From assembly GCA_021399345.1 (NCBI GenBank), contig JAAFKI010000092.1:1-58102 (forward strand): a stretch of 58,102 bases of DNA. The letters are read 5' to 3'. Positions 50,546 to 58,102 of the stretch are shown piece by piece (position 1 is the stretch's first letter; each line of letters begins with the position of its first letter). Made by a program: the position numbers and the translations under genes. The DNA comes from Candidatus Heimdallarchaeota archaeon (GTDB taxonomy: Archaea > Asgardarchaeota > Heimdallarchaeia > Heimdallarchaeales > Heimdallarchaeaceae). The notes under the pieces were generated by a model. That model worked only from the letters and a program-made list of their open reading frames with translations. It had not been told where the DNA came from and made no database searches.

Positions 50546-51571
50546 ATGAAAACTGTTCAGCTTATTGAAATTAACCAAGATCTAGAAAATAGAGAAATAC
50601 TCACTCCAAAACCTAAGGATGACGAGGTTTTAATTAGAATAAAAGCTGCAGGTATTTGTCATTCTGATGTTCACTATCGAGATGGCGTCTCTTCAGTTGG
50701 TTGTCTGCCAATTTCCTTGGGACATGAGATTGCAGGAGAGATTGAAAAGGTAGGAAAAAATGTAGATGACTTTCAGAAGGGCGATAGAGTTTGTCTCAAT
50801 TATATGATCACTTGTGGGAAGTGTAAATACTGCACTCAAGGAACTGAACAATTCTGTATACAGGGTAAAATGATTGGCAAGGATATTGATGGAGGATATG
50901 CAGAGTATATCGCTGTTCCTACAAGAGGAGTATTCAAACTACCTGAATCAATTTCATTTGAACATGCTTCTGTTATGATGTGTTCATCAGCTACTTCACT
51001 CCATGCTCTCCGAAAAACTCGATTCAAATCTGGAGAAACTATAGCTATTTTCGGATTAGGTGGGTTGGGTATATCTGCTCTACAATTAGCTAAAGAATTG
51101 GGAGCTAGAGAAATTTATGCAGTGGATATTGATTCAAAGAAACTTGTATCTGCTGAAGAAATGGGATCTATTCCAATAGATGCTAAGAACAATGATCCTG
51201 TAGAGAAAATAATGGAATTAACAGATGGAGAGGGTGTTAATGTTGCTTTGGAGCTTATTGGACTTTCGTTAACAATGGATCAAGGAGTTAGATCACTAGC
51301 CCGATTTGGTCGGCTAGGATTAGTTGGTATCACAGCAAACACATTCGATATTAGTTCATACGAAGTAATCTGCAGAGAAAAGGAGATTATTGGAGTTTCT
51401 GACCATTTGTTATCTGAATTACCGTTTCTTCTAGATCTTGCTGAACAAGGAAAATTAGATTTAAGCAAAATTGTTACAAATGAAGTACCTCTAGATGCTG
51501 AAGCTATTAATGATGTACAAAGACAATTAAGAGTGTTTAAAGCTCATTTTAGAACCGTAATAAAGCCTTAA
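50546..51571 (+). CDS. Zn-dependent alcohol dehydrogenase (MDR family)
   Basis: CHSD, GHE, CGKCKYC..C, GLGGLG. Confidence 0.92.
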   Translation: MKTVQLIEINQDLENREILTPKPKDDEVLIRIKAAGICHSDVHYRDGVSSVGCLPISLGHEIAGEIEKVGKNVDDFQKGDRVCLNYMITCGKCKYCTQGTEQFCIQGKMIGKDIDGGYAEYIAVPTRGVFKLPESISFEHASVMMCSSATSLHALRKTRFKSGETIAIFGLGGLGISALQLAKELGAREIYAVDIDSKKLVSAEEMGSIPIDAKNNDPVEKIMELTDGEGVNVALELIGLSLTMDQGVRSLARFGRLGLVGITANTFDISSYEVICREKEIIGVSDHLLSELPFLLDLAEQGKLDLSKIVTNEVPLDAEAINDVQRQLRVFKAHFRTVIKP

Positions 51572-51625
51572 CTAGTTTACACAATTTTTATAATTGTTCA
51601 AGTCAACTATCTACTAGTGTAATAA

Positions 51626-53341
51626 GTGAAAAAGAGTATATTTGTGTCAATTGTTGTTTGTTTGTTGATATTTCTATCTGGAATAATACAGACTCAATCA
51701 AATTTTCTAAATGAAAATAACCATTTTTCAATTGAAGAGTCAAGTACCAATTTTACATCTCATGAAGCAATAATGATCACACAAGACGTTAATTTTACTG
51801 ATTATGCATTTCCAGGAAATGGATCTTCTATAAATCCATATATTATTGAAAACTACAATATCACAACGAATGATGTGATTGGTATTAATGTTGAATTTAC
51901 AACCAAACACTTTGTTATCCGTAACTGCTACATTAATGCTAGTCAAAGAGGAATCAATATTGAAGAAGTGACAGTTGGAACAGCTAATATTGTAAATAAC
52001 ACTTGCATTGACAATTATTTTAGTGGAATCAGAGTATATCTATCTCCTTTAACCACTATAATAAATAATACTTGTATAGGTAGTAGAGATGGTATTCATG
52101 TTCATTCTTCATCTGGTGTAACGATATCAAATAATACTTGTACAGATAACTACTATCATGGGATCAAACTAGAACACTCCTACGGTGCTGTAATAACTAA
52201 GAACATGTGTACCGATGATGGAACTGCTGTTTTTCTTGATATGTCATCTGGAGTAATTTTATCAGATAATCTATTTTTCAGCAACTATGGAGGTATATCA
52301 GTTTATTTATCCTCAGATTCAACTATAATCAATAATACCTGTACTTTTCATAATTATGGTATCGGTCTTATGCGTTCTACTGGAACAACATTGATGAATA
52401 ATACTTTTGCAAATAACGAAAGAATTGATATTAATCTAGTCAATTCAGGAAATTCAAGAATAGAGAATAATACCTTATCTGGTAAAGGCATAAACCTAGT
52501 AGCTGATAGTATTGAAGAGTACAGATCGTATGCCATAAAAAATAACACAGTGGATACCAAAACTTTAGGGTATTTTTTGGATCTTCAAAATATTACTCTT
52601 ACTGATTCAAAGTATGGTCAGTTGATTTTCATAAATTGCTCAGACATAAGTGTTTCAAACCAAGACATGTCTGAAGCTTACAAAGGTTTGTTACTAAGAT
52701 GGTGTAGAAATGCTACCATCTCAAATATAATTTGTAATGATAACTTTCATTATGGTATCTTTTTATGGAATTGTTCTCAGATAACTTTAGAAAATAATAT
52801 TTGTTCTAACAGCAACCATGGTATCCGACTTGACACTTCATCTGAAATTACTTTGAAATCTAATTATTGTACTAACAACGACTACGGGATTCAAATGTAT
52901 GCAACAGCAGCTTTTGTTACTAAAAATACCTTAAGCTACAACGAAAAAGGCATTAGAGTGTATTTGTCTAATTCAAGTCTTTTTACTTTTAACCAATTCA
53001 AGAATAATGAAGGATATGGTATCTATTTAGACAATGGTAGTAATAATAATGCTATTCATCACAATTCCTTCATTGACAATAATCAGAATGGTACTTCTCA
53101 AGCTTTTGATTCTGGAGAAAACAATACTTGGTGGGATGTTAATACAAAAAGAGGGAATCACTGGTCAGGATGGACAAAGGGAGTACCATATTCTATCGCT
53201 GGTAATGCCAACTCTATAGATCCTTATCCTCTAAATGAAAATCTAAAAAGGATAAATTATAGTTTTGTAATCTTTATCCCAGTAATTGTTATTCTAACCA
53301 TTTTACAAAAGTACAGAAGAAAAAAAGAAAGAATAAAATAG
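51626..53341 (+). CDS. Secreted NosD/CASH-like beta-helix protein, C-terminal TM
   Basis: FPGNGS..NPYIIEN, NNTC repeats, GNHWS..DPYPL. Confidence 0.85.
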   Translation: MKKSIFVSIVVCLLIFLSGIIQTQSNFLNENNHFSIEESSTNFTSHEAIMITQDVNFTDYAFPGNGSSINPYIIENYNITTNDVIGINVEFTTKHFVIRNCYINASQRGINIEEVTVGTANIVNNTCIDNYFSGIRVYLSPLTTIINNTCIGSRDGIHVHSSSGVTISNNTCTDNYYHGIKLEHSYGAVITKNMCTDDGTAVFLDMSSGVILSDNLFFSNYGGISVYLSSDSTIINNTCTFHNYGIGLMRSTGTTLMNNTFANNERIDINLVNSGNSRIENNTLSGKGINLVADSIEEYRSYAIKNNTVDTKTLGYFLDLQNITLTDSKYGQLIFINCSDISVSNQDMSEAYKGLLLRWCRNATISNIICNDNFHYGIFLWNCSQITLENNICSNSNHGIRLDTSSEITLKSNYCTNNDYGIQMYATAAFVTKNTLSYNEKGIRVYLSNSSLFTFNQFKNNEGYGIYLDNGSNNNAIHHNSFIDNNQNGTSQAFDSGENNTWWDVNTKRGNHWSGWTKGVPYSIAGNANSIDPYPLNENLKRINYSFVIFIPVIVILTILQKYRRKKERIK

Positions 53342-53382
53342 TTTTTCCATTTTTTTTCATTTCTTCACAATAAATGAAACTT

Positions 53383-54714
53383 TCATTCTCTTTTGATGAA
53401 ATGTCCTTTCCCTTTTGCTACGAATTTTCTATCTTTAACTATAAATTCCCCTCTCAAAATGGTTGATTCAACCATTCCAGTTGTTATCATATTTTCATAA
53501 GGGTTATTATCTGATTGAGAATGACTTGAATCGATATACAACACCTTTACAGGATCAAATATAACAAAATCTGCATCAGACCCAACTTGTATTATCCCTT
53601 TCTTTGGAAAGAGTTTATGAATCTTCGCTGGATTTAGTGTGAATTTATCTATGATTTTGTTACCAAATAGATGATGCATAAGAGAAAAGCTAAACTCTAA
53701 ACTTCCTAGCCCTTTTGGTATTTTGCTGGCTTCTTTATAGCGCATTTTTTCTTCTTTAGTAAACGGACAATGATCAGTTCCAATAGTATGTATAACTGAA
53801 ATATTCTCTTTGAGTTTTTCCTGTTCTTTTGATGAACGCAGAGGTGGAGCAAGAAGGAAAAGGCTGCCATTTTCATTATCATACAAATTTTTTGTTAGAT
53901 GGAAATATTGAGGGCAGCTTTCTATGAAAATGTTCTTCCCTAGAAGTTCTTTGTATTTATTATTCAGAAGCTCAACGGATGAACCACAGGTGACATGTAC
54001 AATATAGAGCCTTCCTTTTAATTCTGCTACCATTCCAGCTATTTTCTCTATCTCTTCTATTTCTGAAGCTGCTGGTCTAGAACTTTCATAGCTCTCAATT
54101 GTGTCTTCGACATTTGCATTGATTATCATCTCATCATTCTCAGCATGAACCAAAATCAGTGTATTTGTTTTTCCGGAATTCTTCAAAAACTCTTGAAATT
54201 TGGCATAAGAAATTTTGCGATTAGATTCAGAATATGTGGTAAATAATTTAACAGAAGGGATACCACTTTCGCGTGAAATCTTGATGAGTTCGTCCACATC
54301 ATCATTAAAATTGCCAACTGCTGTATGAAATGCATAATCAACATAGGATGCTTTTGCTTCACGTTTTTTCTTCTTTAACATTGCATCAAATTCATTAACA
54401 TAATTGATTGGGTCAAGAAAGTCTATGAACGTTGTAATGCCGCCAAAAGCTGCAGCTTTTGAAGCACCTTCGTAATCATCGCTTGATTTGAATTCACCCA
54501 AGTCAAGGTTGATGTGTACATGTGGATCAATGAAACCAGGGAGGACTAGTTTATTTGTACAGTCTACAACTTCTTTGCATGGTAGGATTTCTCCAGAAGG
54601 AACAATTTTTGTAATTTTTTGATCAGACATATAAATGTCTTCTAGATAAAATTTTCCATTACGGTATACAGAACCATTTACAAGGCTCATGCTATAACTA
54701 AAATCCTTTTTCAC
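53383..54714 (-). CDS. Dihydropyrimidinase/hydantoinase-family cyclic amidohydrolase (HyuA-like)
   Basis: DPHVH, AAFGGITT, carbamylated-Lys region SVKLFTTY, HAEN, HV, GTDHCPF. Confidence 0.85.
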   Translation of the reverse strand: MKKDFSYSMSLVNGSVYRNGKFYLEDIYMSDQKITKIVPSGEILPCKEVVDCTNKLVLPGFIDPHVHINLDLGEFKSSDDYEGASKAAAFGGITTFIDFLDPINYVNEFDAMLKKKKREAKASYVDYAFHTAVGNFNDDVDELIKISRESGIPSVKLFTTYSESNRKISYAKFQEFLKNSGKTNTLILVHAENDEMIINANVEDTIESYESSRPAASEIEEIEKIAGMVAELKGRLYIVHVTCGSSVELLNNKYKELLGKNIFIESCPQYFHLTKNLYDNENGSLFLLAPPLRSSKEQEKLKENISVIHTIGTDHCPFTKEEKMRYKEASKIPKGLGSLEFSFSLMHHLFGNKIIDKFTLNPAKIHKLFPKKGIIQVGSDADFVIFDPVKVLYIDSSHSQSDNNPYENMITTGMVESTILRGEFIVKDRKFVAKGKGHFIKRE

Positions 54715-54977
54715 GAACTAATACTATCATACTCTCATATTAATATTGTCTTTTTAGAAAAGAAATAAATTAAATATTTTTTGAGAATATACTTATTAAC
54801 ACAAAAGAAGAGGATTCATAATGAATGAAATGGATAATTCTGATAAAGAAATTGTTTCAGGTAAGAAGGGGATTCTATCTTTACCAGGTTTTCCTATTGT
54901 TATAGGGTGTATTGGTAAAAATCCTATAACTATAGCTGCAATTAGTATGGTTTCATTTGATAATCCTCCTTTAATTA

Positions 54978-56408
54978 TGAACTAGATTTGTCATGTAGTC
55001 ATATTAAATTGACAGTTAATCACATTGAAAGACAGGAAGGAGGAGAATATTACGGGGGCTTTTATAGGGAATTATAGGAGAAAAAGTGATGACAAAAGTA
55101 CTGAGAGTAGAATGTATAGAAGTAGACTATCATCAAGCTTTGAGCACGCTTTGTCATCAAGTGAAAAACCTCTATAATCAAGCGAATTATCTGGTAAAAC
55201 AATCCTTGAACAAAGAGAATAAGCTACTAGTCTATTATGACCTTAACTCTTTACTCAAAGATGAGGAATACTATAAAGTGCTTCCTGTACATACTGCACA
55301 ACATACTCTCAAACTCCTCTGTAGGAACTGGAAGGGGTATTTTCAAGCGAAGAAGGAGTGGGAGAAGTATCCTGAAAAGTTCTTCAACATACCCAGACCT
55401 CCGAAATATAAAGCTAGGGATGGGGAAATGGTGGCAATCTTCACCAACCAACAAGCTAAGATAAAGAATGGGTGGCTAGTTTTACCAAAAAAAGTGGGAT
55501 ATTATTACAAAACTCGACTGACAGCTCGAACGAAGCTTAAGGAAGTGAGAATTATTCCTAGAAGAGTAGGTTATACCCTCGAGTTAGTATATGAAAAAGT
55601 TCTTCCTAAGCTGAGAAAACGATTTATCAGAAAAGGAGCGATCGATTTAGGGGCCATCAACCTTGTGACCTTTGTGGATAACCTTGGGTCTCAACCAATT
55701 GTTATCAAGGATCACGGGAAAGGAATTAAAAGTATTATCCTTTATTATTTGAAATTCCAGACAAAATTACGAGAACAATATGTTCAGCAGCAGAAGAAAC
55801 AATTGAAACAGCAGAGGAAATTGATTTATGGACCTACTTATTATCATCTTCGAGATAAGTTTAGGAAGAAACTGAAAGATGCCATTCACAAATTAACGAG
55901 ATATCTAGTAAACTTGTGGATTGAACGCGATCTACATGAGGTGATCATCGGATATAACCCATTGTGGAAACAAGGAGTGCGTTTAAGAAAGAAAATCACC
56001 CAAATGTTTGTTGCCATCCCCTTCATGAAAATCATCAATCAACTACAGTACAAAGCTGCTGAGCATGGAATCCATGTTGATCTTATTCCTGAAGACTACA
56101 CATCCAAAAGCAGTTTCTTAGATAATGAGTTTCCACAAAAAAGAACTACTTATGCAGGTAGAAGAACCACTCGAGGATTGTTCAAATCTTCTCAAGGTCA
56201 TCTCATCAATGCTGATGTGAATGCTGCTTATAATATTTTAGTCAAAAGCGATCCGAAAGCACTTCCTAAACGCAGTGTGAACGGGGTAGGAGGATACGTG
56301 ATGTATCCACTTAGAGTTTGTGTTGACCCACAAGGAATGATACCCAAGTCCTCTACAAAAGATGTTCAACTATCTTGACTAATATGCCAAGATGACAAAA
56401 ACTCATCA
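54978..56408 (+). mobile_element. Non-autonomous TnpB-only insertion element with imperfect terminal inverted repeats
   Basis: Removing it restores TTA ATT ATG ATC GGA ATT; ATGA occurs at both junctions (54977-80, 56408-11), so the boundary can slide by up to 4 nt; 29-bp ends match 20/29 in inverted orientation. Confidence 0.88.
55086..56378 (+). CDS. tnpB: TnpB RNA-guided nuclease, rearranged-RuvC type
   Basis: KNLYNQANY, PRPPKYK, RuvC-I IDLG, RuvC-II position IIGYN, alternative E in PEDYTSK, RuvC-III NADVNAAYNI. Confidence 0.92.
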   Translation: MMTKVLRVECIEVDYHQALSTLCHQVKNLYNQANYLVKQSLNKENKLLVYYDLNSLLKDEEYYKVLPVHTAQHTLKLLCRNWKGYFQAKKEWEKYPEKFFNIPRPPKYKARDGEMVAIFTNQQAKIKNGWLVLPKKVGYYYKTRLTARTKLKEVRIIPRRVGYTLELVYEKVLPKLRKRFIRKGAIDLGAINLVTFVDNLGSQPIVIKDHGKGIKSIILYYLKFQTKLREQYVQQQKKQLKQQRKLIYGPTYYHLRDKFRKKLKDAIHKLTRYLVNLWIERDLHEVIIGYNPLWKQGVRLRKKITQMFVAIPFMKIINQLQYKAAEHGIHVDLIPEDYTSKSSFLDNEFPQKRTTYAGRRTTRGLFKSSQGHLINADVNAAYNILVKSDPKALPKRSVNGVGGYVMYPLRVCVDPQGMIPKSSTKDVQLS

Positions 56409-56431
56409 TGATCGGAATTGTTCCCAAAAGA
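56250..56431 (+). ncRNA. Predicted omega/reRNA overlapping the tnpB 3' end and right end, with guide from the flank
   Basis: Hairpins GCACT..AGTGT (56259-78) and GGATAC-GTGAT-GTATCC (56292-308) downstream of RuvC-III; position matches known TnpB RNAs; limits approximate. Confidence 0.45.
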
Positions 56432-56886
56432 AAGAAGTAAAGGATTATTCAATAGTATATCGGAAAAATTTCAGGTAGAGATGTTGAAGATAAATTTAAA
56501 GCAATAGGTCTTACACCTGTAAAAGCTTCAAAAATAAGTTCATATCTAATAAAAGAATGCCTTGTTAATCTAGAATGTAAGGTTGTTCATACTCTTGATT
56601 TAGGGGGGACGCATACGTGGTTTGTTGGTGAAGTAGTAGCTGCTCATTTAGCCAAAGATTATGATCGGTCTAAAGCATTCTTTTTCTGGCCTGGACAATT
56701 TAGATATGTTGGTGATGTAATCGAAACCTGAAAGGATCTTTTTGAGTCGTTCAATGTGTTCCATTACAGGTCGTGATTGTTCATCTAAAGTGGTTAAAAA
56801 GAAGGTTTATAAAGAAAAATTAGTATTGGCAAAACAATAAGATTAGTTTAAAAAAAAGCTAGTCTAAAAGATAAAGGAGAATTATT

Positions 56887-57840
56887 ATGAGAAGTTTTGT
56901 AGGGCGTGACATCATATCATTAAAGGATTTTGAACGCCATGAATTTGAGCGAATATTTGAGGTTGCAGATAAATTAGCCCCGATAGCTCGCAATAGAAAG
57001 AATGTAGATTTATTGAAAGAGAAAATAATGGTAACTGCTTTTTACCAGCCTTCAACCAGGACTCGTTTAGCCCACGAATCAGCCATGCTTCGATTGGGTG
57101 GTAAGGTGACAGGATTTTCTGACGCTAAAATGACCCGCGCAGGCGACTTTTATATGGAATCCATCAAGGATACTTTTAAAATGCTCGAAAATTATGGAGA
57201 CGTCATCGTTATGAGGCATTTCCTGAAAGGCGCTCCCGAAGAAGCTGCTAAATGGGTAAGTGTCCCTATTATAAATGGCGGTGATGGTTGGGGAGAACAT
57301 CCTACACAGATCCTAACTGATCTCTATACTATTTATAAAGAAAAAGGTCGCTTAGACGGATTAAGGTGGGTAGCTGTAGGTGATATGAGAATGCGTACCA
57401 TGCACTCCCTTGGTCATGCTTTAACACAGTTCGACTGTCCGATCACTTTCATATCACCAAAAGATATGGAACTACCTGATGAATACCGTGAGGATTTCAA
57501 AAGGAATGGTCTGAACTTTACCGAAGGTAATGATGTTCGCACAGTTATCGCAGATGCTGATGTGATCCTTGTTGAGCCAGTAGTTCAGCCTGATTACACC
57601 AAATCCCGTGATGAAAGAGATGGTGACGTTGCACTAACTCCCCCTGAATTTCAAATCACAAAAGAACTTTTGGAAACCAAAGCAAAATCTGATGCAATAT
57701 TACTCCACTCTTTGCCCCGTATGGATGAAATTCCTCCAGATGTGGATCAAACCCGATGGGCTCGATACTGGAAGGAAGGCTTTAACGGTGTTGTAATGCG
57801 TATGGCTCTTATAGCCTTGGTTTTAGGTGCAGAGGAATAA
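56887..57840 (+). CDS. Aspartate-carbamoyltransferase-like transcarbamylase, non-canonical substrate site
   Basis: PSTRT, MRH, EHPTQ and HSLP carbamoyl-phosphate motifs; lacks KGE and TRxQxER; AGGAG RBS. Confidence 0.8.
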   Translation: MRSFVGRDIISLKDFERHEFERIFEVADKLAPIARNRKNVDLLKEKIMVTAFYQPSTRTRLAHESAMLRLGGKVTGFSDAKMTRAGDFYMESIKDTFKMLENYGDVIVMRHFLKGAPEEAAKWVSVPIINGGDGWGEHPTQILTDLYTIYKEKGRLDGLRWVAVGDMRMRTMHSLGHALTQFDCPITFISPKDMELPDEYREDFKRNGLNFTEGNDVRTVIADADVILVEPVVQPDYTKSRDERDGDVALTPPEFQITKELLETKAKSDAILLHSLPRMDEIPPDVDQTRWARYWKEGFNGVVMRMALIALVLGAEE

Positions 57841-57842
57841 TA

Positions 57843-58102
57843 ATGATATCTAATTTGCGAGGTCGTGACTTAATCGGTGACCTAGATTTTACAAAAGAAG
57901 AAGTGGAAACAGTCCTTGAAGTAGCTTGGGATCTTAAGAAAAAGCGAGCTCTGGGTGAACGACATGCATTGCTTCTGGATAAAACTCTCTGTATGCTTTT
58001 CTTCTTCTCCAGCACACGCACCCGTGCTTCTTTTGAGTCAGGAATGGCTCAGCTGGGAGGACAAGCCACATTTTTGGAGAGTCGTACAACTCAGGTTTCT
58101 CA
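57843..58102 (+). CDS. 3'-truncated ornithine-carbamoyltransferase-like (ArgF/YgeW-type) protein
   Basis: Hand-translated MISNLRGRDLIGDLDFTKEEVETVLEVAWDLK...LCMLFFFSSTRTRASFESGMAQLGG; not in the ORF track. Confidence 0.85.
   Translation, partial: MISNLRGRDLIGDLDFTKEEVETVLEVAWDLKKKRALGERHALLLDKTLCMLFFFSSTRTRASFESGMAQLGGQATFLESRTTQVS

Larger units (their letters stand above)
54821..56731 (+). pseudogene. Flavin-reductase-like (DIM6/NTAB) gene split by the TnpB element and carrying further deletions
   Basis: 5' part MNEM..LPGFPIV..NPITIAAISMVSFDNPPLIM (54821-54979) joins exactly to IGIVPKR (56411-56431); 3' part GKISGRD..DKF..GLTP..IKECLVNLECKV...GTHTWFVGEV ends TGA at 56731; in-frame TAA 56438 and TAG 56453. 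Confidence 0.85.

Noticed and set aside
54981-55085. tnpA gene or remnant upstream of tnpB
   Set aside because: Only ~105 nt; no HUH or serine-recombinase coding signal.
56438-56455. Stop-codon recoding (pyrrolysine or readthrough) in the flavin reductase
   Set aside because: Stops arise in a frameshifted segment between two apparent deletions and include TAA; pseudogenisation is the simpler explanation.
56887-57840. pyrB/pyrC/pyrD pyrimidine-biosynthesis reading of the carbamoyltransferase, amidohydrolase and DHODH-like genes
   Set aside because: Aspartate-binding motifs and the DHODH catalytic Cys are missing, there is no pyrI/pyrE/pyrF, and the xdh/ssnA context favours catabolism; gene symbols withheld.
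676-58021. Short antisense or overlapping ORFs in the track (e.g. 676..1029, 2844..3275, 39592..39996, 48098..48376, 57809..58021)
   Set aside because: They lie within well-supported genes in other frames or strands and show no motifs; treated as shadow ORFs.

Overview
AT-rich, densely coding archaeal chromosome segment. CDP-archaeol synthase (carS), a Rab-like small GTPase and many secreted beta-helix or repeat surface proteins suggest an Asgard archaeon, probably Heimdallarchaeia (inference). Contents: two tandem paralogous membrane proteins of unknown family; a DMT transporter; a ThiR-thiBPQ-kinase thiamine salvage unit; tsaC; a feoA-feoB-Cys-rich ORF operon with a palindromic operator; five NosD/CASH-like beta-helix proteins; a 7-repeat propeller protein; two arylsulfotransferase-like paralogs; and peroxiredoxins plus a nitroreductase. 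From about 39 kb to the end there is a dispersed set of purine-catabolic genes (xdhABC, a ThrC-like PLP enzyme, ssnA, a non-canonical DHODH/PreA-like flavoprotein, a hydantoinase and two carbamoyltransferases) resembling the bacterial anaerobic uric-acid (2,8-dioxopurine) pathway. The most striking DNA-level structure is a ~1.43-kb element with no transposase gene (54978-56408). It encodes a TnpB with a rearranged, Fanzor-like RuvC site and no Zn finger, has imperfect 29-bp terminal inverted repeats, and sits at an ATGA core inside a flavin-reductase gene that is further damaged just beyond the right end. No rRNA, tRNA or CRISPR array was recognised. All functional calls come from motif reading, not database searches.
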